A stretch of DNA of 32,000 bases from NCBI RefSeq assembly GCF_000012925.1, contig NC_007517.1, forward strand, positions 3,510,001 through 3,542,000, written 5' to 3'. Position numbers and translations under genes: made by a program. Within the stretch, counting starts at the first letter, position 1; each line of letters opens with the position of its first letter. This DNA comes from Geobacter metallireducens GS-15 (GTDB lineage Bacteria; Desulfobacterota; Desulfuromonadia; Geobacterales; Geobacteraceae). A model generated the notes under the pieces. That model was not told the origin of the DNA, did no database searches, and was given only the letters and a program-made list of their open reading frames with translations. Positions 7,626 through 17,164 of the stretch are shown here, piece after piece.

Positions 7626-7984
7626 AGGAGGCCTCCGAGCTTCTCGTTGAGCTGGTCCGGGGTGAAGGGCTTTTTGATGCTGTCGCTGGCACCGTTTTCC
7701 AGAGCCTGTTTGAGGATGTCCTCGCCACCCTCGGTGGTGATCATGACGATGGGGGCCTTGCAGCCGTTGGCCCGGGCCTGCTTGATGAACTCGAGGCCGT
7801 CCATGTTCGGCATGTTGATGTCGGAGAGAATGAGGTCGACGCTTTTGCCGGCAAGGACATTGAGCCCCTCGATGCCGTCGCCCCCCTCGAAGATCTCGTC
7901 CACGGGGAGACCCGCCTGACGGAGCGAACGGGAGATGATCTTTCTCATGGTTGAGGAATCGTCCACAATGAGTACGTTGGCCAT
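7622..7984 (-). CDS. cheY: Chemotaxis response regulator CheY
   Basis: The 120-aa single receiver domain has LIVDDS, the DLILSDINMPNMDG phospho-acceptor region, VMITTE and IKKPF. Confidence 0.93.
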   Translation of the reverse strand: MANVLIVDDSSTMRKIISRSLRQAGLPVDEIFEGGDGIEGLNVLAGKSVDLILSDINMPNMDGLEFIKQARANGCKAPIVMITTEGGEDILKQALENGASDSIKKPFTPDQLNEKLGGLL

Positions 7985-8062
7985 GCCTTTCTCCTTCCGT
8001 TTCTACTATAACCGATAGAGTATGCCGGGTTGCCCCGACGAGTCAGAATATTGAACCGTTCG

Positions 8063-8350
8063 TCAAAGGAGCCCGGAGGAACGCAAGAGGCAGGCCATGT
8101 CGGCGGTCGCCCGCACGGAACGGTCCGCCGCCGCTGCAAGCTGATCGTCGCATTGACGCACCGGTGCCGTCTCCCACCCCCCGATGGCCATTTCGATAGC
8201 CAGGAGATTGGCCGCATCCGCCGATTCCTCGATGGTGCGAAGCACCTCCTCCATCCCTCTGACCGTTGCCCCCGCTTTGTTCACGTGTTCCCTCACCGGC
8301 CGCGGGAATACCCCCGGGCATCCGTGTCTCATGCACGGTCCGTTCCACAA
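8063..8350 (-). pseudogene. Possible relic of a methyl-accepting chemotaxis protein signalling domain
   Basis: The 95-aa ORF contains IEESADAANLLAIEMAIGG...DDQLAAAADRSVRATADMA. This resembles the highly conserved MCP hairpin motif I-IA-QTNLLALNAAIEAARAGE...DEVRKLAERS--AT-EI, but with substitutions and an apparent deletion. Confidence 0.3.
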
Positions 8351-8391
8351 AAGCTTGAAAGAAGAGAAATTCCGGAAGAAGGGTCGAGCGG

Positions 8392-8799
8392 CTACATCAC
8401 TCCCTTGCCGTTGAAGAAGACGCCGTACTTCTTGTCGTCGCCCTGGATATGCTTGGAGAGCCAGTCCCGCAGGAAGGTCATGACATTCTGGGTGAGAACC
8501 GCTTTCCCGTCCTGGAACTGTTTCTGGAGGTCAAGAACCTGCACGACAAGGGCGTTGTGCTCCTTCTTGTGGATCTCGAGGTCGGCGTAACCGTACTGCG
8601 TCATGAGCCGTTCCTCGGCGGCGAAATGGGTCTGCGTGTAGGCGATGAGCTGCTTGAGGATGTCCCCCACGACCAGACTTCCCTTGCCGGCCTTCATGGC
8701 GTCAAAGAGCTGATTCAGCATTTCGACGAGCTTCTTGTGCTGATCATCAAACTGTTTCACTTTCACACTCAGGCTGTCGTTCCAGGTAATGAGCGCCAT
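8392..8799 (-). CDS. Bacteriohemerythrin (hemerythrin-like metal-binding protein)
   Basis: MALITWNDSLSVKVKQFDDQHKKLVEMLN...HFAAEERLM...HKKEH...WLSKHIQGDDKKY carries the canonical H/HxxxE/HxxxH/HxxxxD iron ligands. I chose the ATG at 8799 (GGAGG RBS) rather than the longer ORF start at 8847. Confidence 0.9.
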   Translation of the reverse strand: MALITWNDSLSVKVKQFDDQHKKLVEMLNQLFDAMKAGKGSLVVGDILKQLIAYTQTHFAAEERLMTQYGYADLEIHKKEHNALVVQVLDLQKQFQDGKAVLTQNVMTFLRDWLSKHIQGDDKKYGVFFNGKGVM

Positions 8800-8913
8800 A
8801 GAGGTATTGCCTCCTTCGTCATGGTGATCGCACGGCGTCGCCGTCACGTACTACTATCAATCGACCAACGGAAGGTAAACTTTAGAAAAATAAGAGGGCG
8901 TATCTGGAAGGGT

Positions 8914-9297
8914 TCAGCGGAGAATGGGTAAGCCGTTGCGGTACCAGCCAACGATGCCGTCGGCCATGTTGTATACCTCCCGGTACCCTTTCCGGGAGAG
9001 GAAACCGGCCACGAGCCCCGAGCGGGAGCCCACGGCGCAGTAAACCACGACAGGCCGGTTGCGGGGGATCTCGCCGATGCGGCGCTCCACCTCGTTGATG
9101 GGTATCAGGACCGCTCCCTGGAGCCGCCCCTGGCCGAATTCTTCGGGAGTGCGAACGTCCAGGAGAAAGACCTTCTTGTTTGCGGCGAGGAGGCTCTTCG
9201 CCTCAGAGGCCTTGATGTCGCGGTAGCCGGCCGCCAGGACCGTGACCGCCAGGGCCAGAACGATCATCGGGAAGATGGCAATCTGTTTCATGACCAT
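8914..9297 (-). CDS. Periplasmic/secreted single-domain rhodanese (sulfurtransferase)
   Basis: The ORF has a signal peptide (MVMKQIAIFPMIVLALAVTVLAAG), a rhodanese fold sequence (LLDVRTPEEFGQGRLQGAVLIP) and the active-site loop YCAVGSRS. Confidence 0.88.
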   Translation of the reverse strand: MVMKQIAIFPMIVLALAVTVLAAGYRDIKASEAKSLLAANKKVFLLDVRTPEEFGQGRLQGAVLIPINEVERRIGEIPRNRPVVVYCAVGSRSGLVAGFLSRKGYREVYNMADGIVGWYRNGLPILR

Positions 9298-9318
9298 GAG
9301 TGACTCCGTTTTCGTTTC

Positions 9319-10149
9319 TTACACTTCGATAGTGTATCCCACGTGGGCCGGATGGAAGCGGCCCGGGAACTCCTGGTGGAGCCGGGCCGCGGCGGCGAAT
9401 CCGGTGCAGTGGCTCCCGAGGATCTTCCGCACGCCATACCCCCTGAGGGCCGCCACCGTCTCGTCCAACTGATTCTGGCCGCAGAAGCCGAGGTGAGTTC
9501 CGCCGATGACGGCATGGATCTCGGCCACGCCGGTGGCCTCCCGGGCCCACTCGATGGTGTTCACGAGCCCCGCGTGGCAGCATCCGAGAAGGAGCACGAG
9601 CCCCCGCTCCGTCCGGACAATGAGGGACTGGTCGTCGCGAATCGGGTCCGCGTCGCACCCCGCATCGTCACAGAAGAGCCCCGTGTCCCCCCTCTCGAAG
9701 GGGGCGGTGCGAGGCACCTCCCCCGTGAGAAAGAGGCCGGACCCCACCTCCCGGAACTGGTCCGAAAAGGAGAAGCGGGCCCCTTGGCCCCGAAGAAACT
9801 CCTCGGCATAGGGAATGCCGATGGAAAGGGCTTCGCCGGTGTCCTTCACGCGATAGCGCCGGGCAAAGATCCCCGGATGGGCCAGGATCTCTTTCCCCCC
9901 GCAGGAGGAGAGGAGTCCCCAGAGCCCGCCGGTGTGGTCATAGTGGCCGTGGGAGAGGGCCACCGTACCCACCCGGCGCAGGTCCCGGTTCATCCGCTGG
10001 GCATTGGGGAGGAGCCCCTCCCCCCGGCCGGTGTCGAAGAGGAGCGCGCCCCCCTCCCACTCCACCAGGGCGGAGAAGCCGTGCTCGCCGATGGTGCCGG
10101 CGATGGGGCCCACGGTGTTGTCGCAGAGGATGGTGATCCTCCGGGTCAT
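9319..10149 (-). CDS. MBL-fold metallo-hydrolase
   Basis: The 276-aa ORF carries an HxHxDH motif (SHGHYDHTGG). Its N-terminal ILCDNT...EHGFSALVE...LFDTG pattern is typical of a conserved MBL subfamily of unknown bacterial function. Confidence 0.85.
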   Translation of the reverse strand: MTRRITILCDNTVGPIAGTIGEHGFSALVEWEGGALLFDTGRGEGLLPNAQRMNRDLRRVGTVALSHGHYDHTGGLWGLLSSCGGKEILAHPGIFARRYRVKDTGEALSIGIPYAEEFLRGQGARFSFSDQFREVGSGLFLTGEVPRTAPFERGDTGLFCDDAGCDADPIRDDQSLIVRTERGLVLLLGCCHAGLVNTIEWAREATGVAEIHAVIGGTHLGFCGQNQLDETVAALRGYGVRKILGSHCTGFAAAARLHQEFPGRFHPAHVGYTIEV

Positions 10150-10358
10150 TTACGGCAGCATTCCGCGGGAAAGCGCGGCACTCCCAGTTTCTCCAGGATG
10201 GTAATCATCGGGCACCAGTTGGTGAACCCCGACTGGAGGAGGTTCAGCCCCACGAAGGCGGTGAACCAGAGCCAGTTGATGCTGTGGTAGTTGGCCAGGA
10301 GGAGCGAGATGAGGATGAAGCTCCCGGCGATGATTCTGAGCATGCGATCAATGTACAT
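10146..10358 (-). CDS. DUF2892 (YgaP-like transmembrane domain) small membrane protein
   Basis: The 70-aa ORF has two TM helices (RIIAGSFILISLLLA, WLWFTAFVGLNLLQSGFTNWCPM). Its stop overlaps the MBL start (ATGA). Confidence 0.8.
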   Translation of the reverse strand: MYIDRMLRIIAGSFILISLLLANYHSINWLWFTAFVGLNLLQSGFTNWCPMITILEKLGVPRFPAECCRK

Positions 10359-10379
10359 TGTTTGTTCTCCTTACGTGTG

Positions 10380-10778
10380 CTACAGGGCGGCCAGCACCCG
10401 CTCCATCTTTTGCCGCACGGCGGCGGCCACTTCGGTCAACTCCGCGTTGCCGATCACGCCGAGGGCCGCCACCGGGTCCATGACCATCACGACGGTCTTT
10501 CCGTCGTCGTCGGTGTAGACGCAGACGTTGCAGGGGAGGAGCGTCCCGATGTTCAGCTCCCGCTGGAAGGCCTCCCAGGCCATGGCCGGGTTGCAGGCCC
10601 CGAGGATAATGTAATCCCGGAAGTCGCGGCCCAGTTTCTCCCGGAACTTCTCGGTCACGTCGATCTCGGTGAGGACGCCGAACCCTTCCTTCCCCAGTTC
10701 CTCCCGGACCCGGGCCACGGCCTCGACGTAGCCCATCCCGACCGTCTTGCCGAATGCGTACGATGTCGTCAGTTCCAT
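10380..10778 (-). CDS. DUF302 domain protein
   Basis: The 132-aa ORF contains GFGVLTEIDVTEKFREKLG...YIILGACNP...LLPCNVCVY, characteristic of DUF302. Confidence 0.8.
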   Translation of the reverse strand: MELTTSYAFGKTVGMGYVEAVARVREELGKEGFGVLTEIDVTEKFREKLGRDFRDYIILGACNPAMAWEAFQRELNIGTLLPCNVCVYTDDDGKTVVMVMDPVAALGVIGNAELTEVAAAVRQKMERVLAAL

Positions 10779-10826
10779 GTCAAACCTCCCTGTTTCCTTG
10801 GAGCGATCCTCGTGACCGCCCCGATT

Positions 10827-11255
10827 CTACGACGCCAGAAGTTCCGCCATCTTTTTCGCCACCTCGCCCGTCAGGACGGCACACCCGCCCCTGTCCTTGG
10901 CATTCTTCGTGGCGATGCGGCAGCAGGAGGCGCCGTACTCCTGCTTGAACCACTCGTGGAGCTCCTTCGTGACCCGCTTAAGCTTGCGCTTGTCATCCTT
11001 GAGGACAAAGCCGAAGGCCATGGTGCCGCCGGCCACGGCGCCGCAGACGCATCCCACGCCGGAACCGCCGCCAAAGCCCGACGCGGCCCCCACGACATCC
11101 TCGGGCACCGACGGGAAAAACTGGTTGCGGGCCGCCATAAGCACCGCCTCGGCGCAGTGCATCTTCCCGGAGCGGTAGAACCCCTCCGCCTCGATCCCCA
11201 CCTTCTCGGCCACGGACTCGTCAGCGGGAGTCACTTGTTTCTTCTGCCAGAACAT
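10827..11255 (-). CDS. C_GCAxxG_C_C family putative redox-active protein
   Basis: The 142-aa ORF has the Cys pattern MHCAEAVL...GGGSGVGCVCGAVAGG...GASCCRIA...GGCAVL, typical of the family. Confidence 0.75.
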   Translation of the reverse strand: MFWQKKQVTPADESVAEKVGIEAEGFYRSGKMHCAEAVLMAARNQFFPSVPEDVVGAASGFGGGSGVGCVCGAVAGGTMAFGFVLKDDKRKLKRVTKELHEWFKQEYGASCCRIATKNAKDRGGCAVLTGEVAKKMAELLAS

Positions 11256-11292
11256 TGAACCTCCGGTTATGAATTGATTTTCTGAACGCCCT

Positions 11293-11320
11293 GTAGGGGC
11301 AATTCATGAATTGCCCCTAC
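11293..11320. repeat. Perfect 28-bp palindrome GTAGGGGCAATTCATGAATTGCCCCTAC overlapping the RND stop codon
   Basis: The sequence equals its own reverse complement. It lies between the RND gene stop (11317-11319) and the C_GCAxxG_C_C gene start (11255). There is no U-tract on either side. Confidence 0.85.
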
Positions 11321-14300
11321 GATACGGAAACACCCTTCCGGTGGCGCTCCTTCCAGTCTTCAACCATATAATAGAGTATTGGGATAGTCACCCGAGAGAG
11401 GGTCGTAGAGGCGATCTCCCCGAACATCATGGCCAGGGCGAGCCCCTGGAAGATGGGGTCGAAGACGATGACGAAGCTCCCCACCACCACCGCCGCCGCA
11501 GTCAGGAGCATGGGGCGGAACCGGACCGCTCCCGCCTCGATGATGGCCTCGTCGAGCGGCAATCCCTCCCGCCGCTTCAGCTCGGCAAAGTCGATGAGGA
11601 TGATGGAGTTCCGCACGATGATCCCGGCCAGGGCGATGAAGCCGATCATGCTCGTGGCGGTGAAGAAGGCGCCGAACAGGGCGTGTCCCGGGAGGATGCC
11701 GATGAGGGTGAGCGGAATCGGCGCCATGATGACCAGCGGCGTGGTGAAGTCCCGGAACCAGGCCACCACGAGAAGGTAGATGAGGATCATCACCGCCCCG
11801 AAGGCGAGCCCCAGGTCCCGGAAGACCTCGTAGGTGATATGCCACTCACCGTCCCACTTGATGCCGGGGCGCTCCTCGCTCCAGGGCTGGGTCGCGGCCC
11901 GCTGCTCGATGCGATACCCTCCGGGAAGCTCTATCTTGTCGATCTCCTTCTGCATCTTCAGGATGGCGTAGACCGGCGCCTCGATTGTCCCGGCCACGTC
12001 GCCGGTGACGTAGACCACGCTCTTCAGGTTCTTCCGGTAGAGGGTCTGGTCCTCGATGCCGGTGGAGACCCGCACCAGCTGCGACAGGGGGACATTCCCC
12101 CGGGGGCCGGGAACGTAGATGGAGGAGAGGGAGGCCACGGAGCTCCGCTGGGCCACGGGGAGCCGCAACGTGATGGGGACCGGTTCCTTCTCCGCCGGCA
12201 GGTGCATGATCCCCGCATCCATCCCCGCCAGGGCGATTCGCAGGGTCTTCGCCACGTCCGCCACAGCGATGCCGGAAAGGGCCGCCTTCTCCCGGTCCAC
12301 GGCGAAGGTGACCTTCTGCTGGTCGTCCTCCACATACCAATCGGTATCCACCACCCCGTCCACCTTCTGGTAGATGGCCTTGATCTTCCGGGCGATGTCG
12401 AGGCGGGTCGCCTGGTCGGGGCCGTAGACCTCGGTGACGAGGGTCGAGAGGACCGGCGGCCCCGGCGGCACCTCGGCCACCTTGATGCGGGCACCGTGGC
12501 GGTCGGCCACGGCCTTGAGAAGGGGGCGAATCCGCTTGGCCAGGGCGTGGGACTGGTCCGTGCGCTCTTCCTTGTGGACGAAATTCACCTGGATGTCGGC
12601 CACGTTGGAGCCGCTTCGCAGGTAGTAGTGGCGCACGAGGCCGTTGAAGTTGAAGGGGGCGCTGGTCCCCACGTAGGTCTGGAAGTCGGTCACCTCGGGC
12701 ACGGTGCGCAGCGCCTCGGCCATCTCGGCGGTCATGCGGGCCGTCTCCTCCAGGGGGGTCCCCTCGGGGGCGTCGATGATCACCTGAAGCTCGTTCTTGT
12801 TGTCGAAGGGGAGCATCTTCACGGTGACGAGCTTGAAGTAGATGAGGGAGCAGGCCACCAGGAGGAGCACCACAACCCCGGTCAGGAAACCGTAGCGGAG
12901 CTTCCGGTCATGGATCAGGCGCCCCATCCACTTCCGGTAGAAGGCGGTAAGCTTCGACTCCTCGGCCGGCGCCTCGCTCCCGAAGTGGGACTCCCCCTTC
13001 ATGAGCCGGTAGGCGAAGTAGGGAGTGACCATGAAGGCGATGAACATGGAGAGGAGCATCGCCATGCTGGCACCCACGGGGATCGGGCGCATGTACGGCC
13101 CCATGAGCCCCCCCACGAACCCCATGGGGAGGATGGAGGCGATGACCGCGAAGGTGGCGAGCACCGTGGGGTTGCCGATCTCGTCTACGGCCCGGATGGC
13201 CGCCTCCAGGGGCTTGAAGCGCGTCGTGGTGAAGTAGCGGTGGATGTTCTCCACCACCACAATGGCGTCGTCCACCAGGATGCCGATGGAGAAGATGAGG
13301 GCAAAGAGGGTGATCCGGTTGAGCGTATAGCCGATCAGATTGAAGACCAGCATGGTGAGGGCCAGGGTCACCGGGATGGCGATGGCCGCCACGGCCCCGG
13401 CCCGCCACCCCATGAAGACGGCGATGAGGATCGTGACCGAGATGGCCGCCAGGAACATGTGGAAAAGGAGCTCGTTGTTCTTCTCCTTGGCCGTCTCGCC
13501 GTAGTTGCGGGTGACCGTCACCTGCACGTCGGAGGGGATCAGCTTCCCCTTGAGGAATTCCACCCGCTTCAGAAGGTCCTCGGCCACCCAGGTGGCGTTG
13601 GCCCCTTTCCGCTTGGCAACGGAGAGAGTGACGGCAGGATAGCTCTCGGCCCGGTTGCCGGAAATCCCCTTGTGGTCCGCTGCCGGCCCGAGGCCGAAGG
13701 AGACGTAGTCCCTGGGCTCCTCAGGGCCGTCCACCACGGTTGCCACGTCGGAGAGGTAGACGGGACGGCCGTCGCGGGCGCTCACCACAAGGCGCCTGGC
13801 GTCGTCGGCACTGGCGATGAAGCCGCCGGTATCCACGAGAAGCTCCCGGTTCCCCGCGTCGAAGGAGCCAGAGGAAAGCCGGGCATTCCCCCCCTGGATT
13901 GCGCCCATGACCTGGAGGGGAGAGAGGCTGTAGGCGGCGAGCCGGGCCGAGTCGAGGCGGACCGAGAGCTGCCGGCTGAGGCCGCCCGTGATGCGGGTCT
14001 CGGCCACGTTGGTCCCCTTCTTCAGCTCGTCGCAGAGTTCGCGCCCGAGGCGTCGCAGGGTCTGGCTGTCGTAGCGGTCGGACCAGAGGGTAAGGGTCAG
14101 GATGGGGACGTCGTCGATGGATTTCGGAACGACCATCGGCTCACCCGCCCCCGGCGGAAGCATGGTCCGCTTCTCCATCACCTTGTTGTAGAGCTTGACG
14201 AGGGACTTCTCCATATCCTCGCCCACCAGGAAGCGTACCGTCACGATCCCCATCCCCGGCCGACTCATGGAGTAGACATACTCCACCCCCGGAAGCTCCC

Positions 14301-14532
14301 ACATGACCTTCTCGAAGGGGACTACCACCCGCTCCTCCACCTCCTTTGGGGTGGAGCCGGGCATGGGGAGATACACATCGATCATCGGCACGACGATCTG
14401 GGGCTCTTCCTCCCGGGGGGTCACGAGCACTGCGTAGACCCCCAGCAGAAGCGCGGCCAGTACGATGAGGGGGGTCAGTTTCGAATTGATGAACGCTTTC
14501 GCTATGTTTCCGGCGACGCCGAGTTTTTCCAT
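11317..14532 (-). CDS. RND efflux transporter permease (AcrB/CzcA superfamily)
   Basis: The protein is about 1071 aa with 12 predicted TM segments and two large periplasmic loops. The conserved N-terminus is [21 protein letters not shown]...[12 protein letters not shown] chose the start MEKLGVAG at 14532 rather than the upstream ATG at 14598. Confidence 0.93.
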   Translation of the reverse strand: MEKLGVAGNIAKAFINSKLTPLIVLAALLLGVYAVLVTPREEEPQIVVPMIDVYLPMPGSTPKEVEERVVVPFEKVMWELPGVEYVYSMSRPGMGIVTVRFLVGEDMEKSLVKLYNKVMEKRTMLPPGAGEPMVVPKSIDDVPILTLTLWSDRYDSQTLRRLGRELCDELKKGTNVAETRITGGLSRQLSVRLDSARLAAYSLSPLQVMGAIQGGNARLSSGSFDAGNRELLVDTGGFIASADDARRLVVSARDGRPVYLSDVATVVDGPEEPRDYVSFGLGPAADHKGISGNRAESYPAVTLSVAKRKGANATWVAEDLLKRVEFLKGKLIPSDVQVTVTRNYGETAKEKNNELLFHMFLAAISVTILIAVFMGWRAGAVAAIAIPVTLALTMLVFNLIGYTLNRITLFALIFSIGILVDDAIVVVENIHRYFTTTRFKPLEAAIRAVDEIGNPTVLATFAVIASILPMGFVGGLMGPYMRPIPVGASMAMLLSMFIAFMVTPYFAYRLMKGESHFGSEAPAEESKLTAFYRKWMGRLIHDRKLRYGFLTGVVVLLLVACSLIYFKLVTVKMLPFDNKNELQVIIDAPEGTPLEETARMTAEMAEALRTVPEVTDFQTYVGTSAPFNFNGLVRHYYLRSGSNVADIQVNFVHKEERTDQSHALAKRIRPLLKAVADRHGARIKVAEVPPGPPVLSTLVTEVYGPDQATRLDIARKIKAIYQKVDGVVDTDWYVEDDQQKVTFAVDREKAALSGIAVADVAKTLRIALAGMDAGIMHLPAEKEPVPITLRLPVAQRSSVASLSSIYVPGPRGNVPLSQLVRVSTGIEDQTLYRKNLKSVVYVTGDVAGTIEAPVYAILKMQKEIDKIELPGGYRIEQRAATQPWSEERPGIKWDGEWHITYEVFRDLGLAFGAVMILIYLLVVAWFRDFTTPLVIMAPIPLTLIGILPGHALFGAFFTATSMIGFIALAGIIVRNSIILIDFAELKRREGLPLDEAIIEAGAVRFRPMLLTAAAVVVGSFVIVFDPIFQGLALAMMFGEIASTTLSRVTIPILYYMVEDWKERHRKGVSVS

Positions 14533-14542
14533 TACGTGTACC

Positions 14543-14680
14543 TTATCCCATGTCCGGGAACGACCACCCGTGGCGCACCACGAGGATGATGCCAACAATC
14601 AGGAGCCAGACCGCCACAAAGCAGAGGAACCAGACAAGGTACCTCCTCCCGCTGCGGGTATCGTCATCGTCGCGACGCAC
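14543..14680 (-). CDS. Candidate 45-aa single-pass membrane protein between the MFP and RND genes (not in the ORF track)
   Basis: A GTG start directly follows an in-frame TGA, with a G-rich stretch about 8 nt upstream. The translation is (M)[44 protein letters not shown]: a charged N-terminus followed by one hydrophobic helix. It fills an otherwise empty 182-nt gap. Confidence 0.4.
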   Translation of the reverse strand: MRRDDDDTRSGRRYLVWFLCFVAVWLLIVGIILVVRHGWSFPDMG

Positions 14681-14714
14681 TCAAGGCACCCCCCCACGGG
14701 TGATGGGAGCCGTG

Positions 14715-15827
14715 CTACCGGACTTCCGCTCCTTCGACAACCTTCTCCATGCCGCTCGTCACGACCCGCTCGCCCTCGGTGAGCCCCGTCAGGATCTCCA
14801 CCCGATCCCCTTGGACCGCTCCGGGCTTCACGAGCCGCATCCGGGCGATGTTGCGCCCGTCAACCACCCAGACCGAGGTGAGGGCGCCCCGCTCCAGCAC
14901 CGCCCCCCGTGGCACGAGGATCCCCTTCTTTTCCCCGGTGGATAAAAGGACCCGGCCGAACATCCCCGACTTCAGCCCCTTGCCGGCAATATCCACCTTG
15001 GCGGTGAAGGTGCGGCTCGCCGGGTCGGCGGCCGGAACCACCTCGGCGATGCGTCCGGATGCAGCCGCACCGGCGCCATCCACGGCCACCCGCACCGTGG
15101 CGCCCACCTTGGCCTTGGCCACCAGGGACTCGGGAACCGCCACCTCAAGGCGGTAGTTCCCCTCCTCCTCAACGGTGAGAAGCGGCGTGCCGGGGAAGAC
15201 CGTCATCCCCCGCTCCACCTGTTTCGCCGTGACCACCCCGGTCAGGGGTGCGGTGATCCGGGTGTAGCCGGCAACGGCACCGGCGGCCCGGGCGCCTTCC
15301 CGCGCTGCGGCAACTCTGGCCTCGGCCCGGGCAACCCCCTGGTCGGCCACATCCTTGTCGGCACGCCGGTTATCCAGTTCCTGCCGCGTAACGGCCTCCT
15401 CCCTGAAAAGGTTGTGGTAACGTTCAAAAGTGGCGTCGGCAAGACGCTTGCGGGCCCGGGCCTCCTCCAGCCCACGCCTTGCCTCCTCCGCCGAGGCCGA
15501 TGCGGCCGCCGCCTGGGCCGTGCTCTCCGTGGCCTCCAGGGTCACGAGAACCTTCCCCCGCCCGACCCGATCCCCCTCGACCGCAAAGACGCCGGTGACG
15601 GTACCGGGGATGCGGGCGGCGATCACCGCGGCATTGCGGGCCTTCACCGTCCCCACCGCTTCAATCCCTTCGGGGACCGTCACCGCGGCGACCTTTTCCA
15701 CCGCGATCCCGGTCACGACAGGGGGTTTTTCTCTCTTCTCCGCTCCTTCCTTCCCCCCGCCGCAGCCGTAAAACGTCAGTACGGCAGCGGCGAAAAGGAG
15801 AAGGACGGTGATTGTCCGCATCCTCAT
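14715..15827 (-). CDS. Efflux RND periplasmic adaptor (membrane fusion protein, HlyD family) lipoprotein
   Basis: The 370-aa ORF has a lipobox (LTFYGCGGG), a coiled-coil hairpin rich in A/R/E, and beta-barrel C-terminal motifs (VLVPRGAV...VWVV...V.PG). Confidence 0.9.
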   Translation of the reverse strand: MRMRTITVLLLFAAAVLTFYGCGGGKEGAEKREKPPVVTGIAVEKVAAVTVPEGIEAVGTVKARNAAVIAARIPGTVTGVFAVEGDRVGRGKVLVTLEATESTAQAAAASASAEEARRGLEEARARKRLADATFERYHNLFREEAVTRQELDNRRADKDVADQGVARAEARVAAAREGARAAGAVAGYTRITAPLTGVVTAKQVERGMTVFPGTPLLTVEEEGNYRLEVAVPESLVAKAKVGATVRVAVDGAGAAASGRIAEVVPAADPASRTFTAKVDIAGKGLKSGMFGRVLLSTGEKKGILVPRGAVLERGALTSVWVVDGRNIARMRLVKPGAVQGDRVEILTGLTEGERVVTSGMEKVVEGAEVR

Positions 15828-17164
15828 GGTGCCATCTCCTTCAGGAATATGCCGGCGGTGTAATATATCCGGGCCGTTGCCAGCAGGTGGTCGGCCTCTC
15901 GCTCCACGAGTCCGGTCCTCGCCCGGCTGAGGGCCGACTGGGCATCCAGAAGCTCCACCATGGTGGCGAGGCCGTTGGCGAAGCGCTTGTTCACGAGCCG
16001 GGATCCCTCCTCGGCCGCCAGAAGCGCATGGCGCGCCACCTCCAGCCGTTTTCCCGCCTCGGCCCGGCGCAGAATGCTCTCCCGCACCTGGAGGTCCACT
16101 TCCTTGCGGAACTGCTCCAGGTACTGGGCGGCAGCGTCCCGCTCGGCCCGTGCCTTGGCCGCCCCGTGCATCCTTCCCATGCCGTCAAAGACCTCCCAGC
16201 GCAGGTTCACCCCGGCGCTCCACCCGTCGTTATCGCGACCGAAGGGAACATCCCTGTCGTTCATCTGCACGGACGCAGCGGCGTAAAGCGTGGGGAACCA
16301 GGCGCTACGGGCGAGCCCCACGGCGGCCGCGGCCCGCTCCACCCCCTTTTCGGCCCCCTTCAGGTCCCGGCGGTTGGCAACGGCCTGGCGCACGATCTCA
16401 TCCTCGTTCAAGCGGAACGCCTCACCCGTCACATCCCCGCGGATATCGAGGGATTCCCCGGGTCCGCCTCCCACGGCGAGGGCCAGGCGCATTTTGGCCA
16501 GCTTCAGGTCGTTGAGGGCGGTGATGGTCCGCTCCTCCGCCTCGGAAAGGAAGGTTCTTGCCCGCAATTCGTCGGACTTGAGCCCGGTTCCCTCATGGCC
16601 GCGGACCGTGGCCACCCGCAGGTGCTCCCGGGCCTCTTCCACGTCCTTCTCGGCGGCAGCCAGGACAGCCTTTGCCCGCTGCACTCCCAGATAGGCTCCA
16701 TAAACTGCGAACCCCACATCTTCACGGCGCCCCTCGAACCGGTACCCCATCCGCTCCGCCTCCCGCTCTGCCATCTCCCGACCGTAGCCGATCCCCAGGT
16801 CGAAGAGGGGCTGTTCCAGGGTAAGCGCCGTGCGGAAGTCATGGTAGGAAGAGGGAGTGTTCAGATTGCCGAGTTCGAAGTCGCTCGATGCAAAACGCCC
16901 CTGGTCCAGTTTCATCATGAAAACGCGGGTGGGAAGGTCCGAAGCGCTGAACGCCTCTTCCGCCACGATCCGGGGCAGGTACCGGCTGCGGCTCGCAGCC
17001 GCCCCCTCCACCGCCGCCTCTTTCTCGTAAGCGGCGCCGCTCACCAGGTGGTTCTGTTTCAGAGCCAGGATCAGGGCCTCGTTAAGGGCCACCGAGGGTT
17101 CGGCAGCCAGCAGGAACGACGGGGTAAGAACCAGTAACAATAAAGCGGCGGAAAAATACTTCAC
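15824..17164 (-). CDS. TolC-family outer membrane efflux protein
   Basis: The 446-aa ORF has a signal peptide (MKYFSAALLLLVLTPSFLLAAEP) and a two-fold repeated helical/beta pattern. Its 4-nt overlap with the MFP start indicates an operon. Confidence 0.88.
   Translation of the reverse strand: MKYFSAALLLLVLTPSFLLAAEPSVALNEALILALKQNHLVSGAAYEKEAAVEGAAASRSRYLPRIVAEEAFSASDLPTRVFMMKLDQGRFASSDFELGNLNTPSSYHDFRTALTLEQPLFDLGIGYGREMAEREAERMGYRFEGRREDVGFAVYGAYLGVQRAKAVLAAAEKDVEEAREHLRVATVRGHEGTGLKSDELRARTFLSEAEERTITALNDLKLAKMRLALAVGGGPGESLDIRGDVTGEAFRLNEDEIVRQAVANRRDLKGAEKGVERAAAAVGLARSAWFPTLYAAASVQMNDRDVPFGRDNDGWSAGVNLRWEVFDGMGRMHGAAKARAERDAAAQYLEQFRKEVDLQVRESILRRAEAGKRLEVARHALLAAEEGSRLVNKRFANGLATMVELLDAQSALSRARTGLVEREADHLLATARIYYTAGIFLKEMAP

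Noticed and set aside
7057-7728. 223-aa minus-strand ORF in an alternative frame overlapping cheX. Other out-of-frame ORFs occur at 6008-6670, 11360-11845, 12024-12494, 12908-13408, 19885-20904 and elsewhere.
   Set aside because: They are Arg/Pro/Gly-rich frame-shifted shadows of genes whose primary frame has clear family signatures.
8800-8847. N-terminal extension of the hemerythrin ORF (MTATPCDHHDEGGNTS...).
   Set aside because: Hemerythrins begin at the conserved M-x-I/L-x-W motif. The ATG at 8799 has a GGAGG RBS, and the extension has no supporting signal.
14533-14598. Upstream extension of the RND gene to the ATG at 14598 ([22 protein letters not shown]...).
   Set aside because: The extension is not RND-like. 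The conserved N-terminus starts at [22 protein letters not shown] (ATG at 14532). The extension would also overlap the candidate small ORF's stop region.
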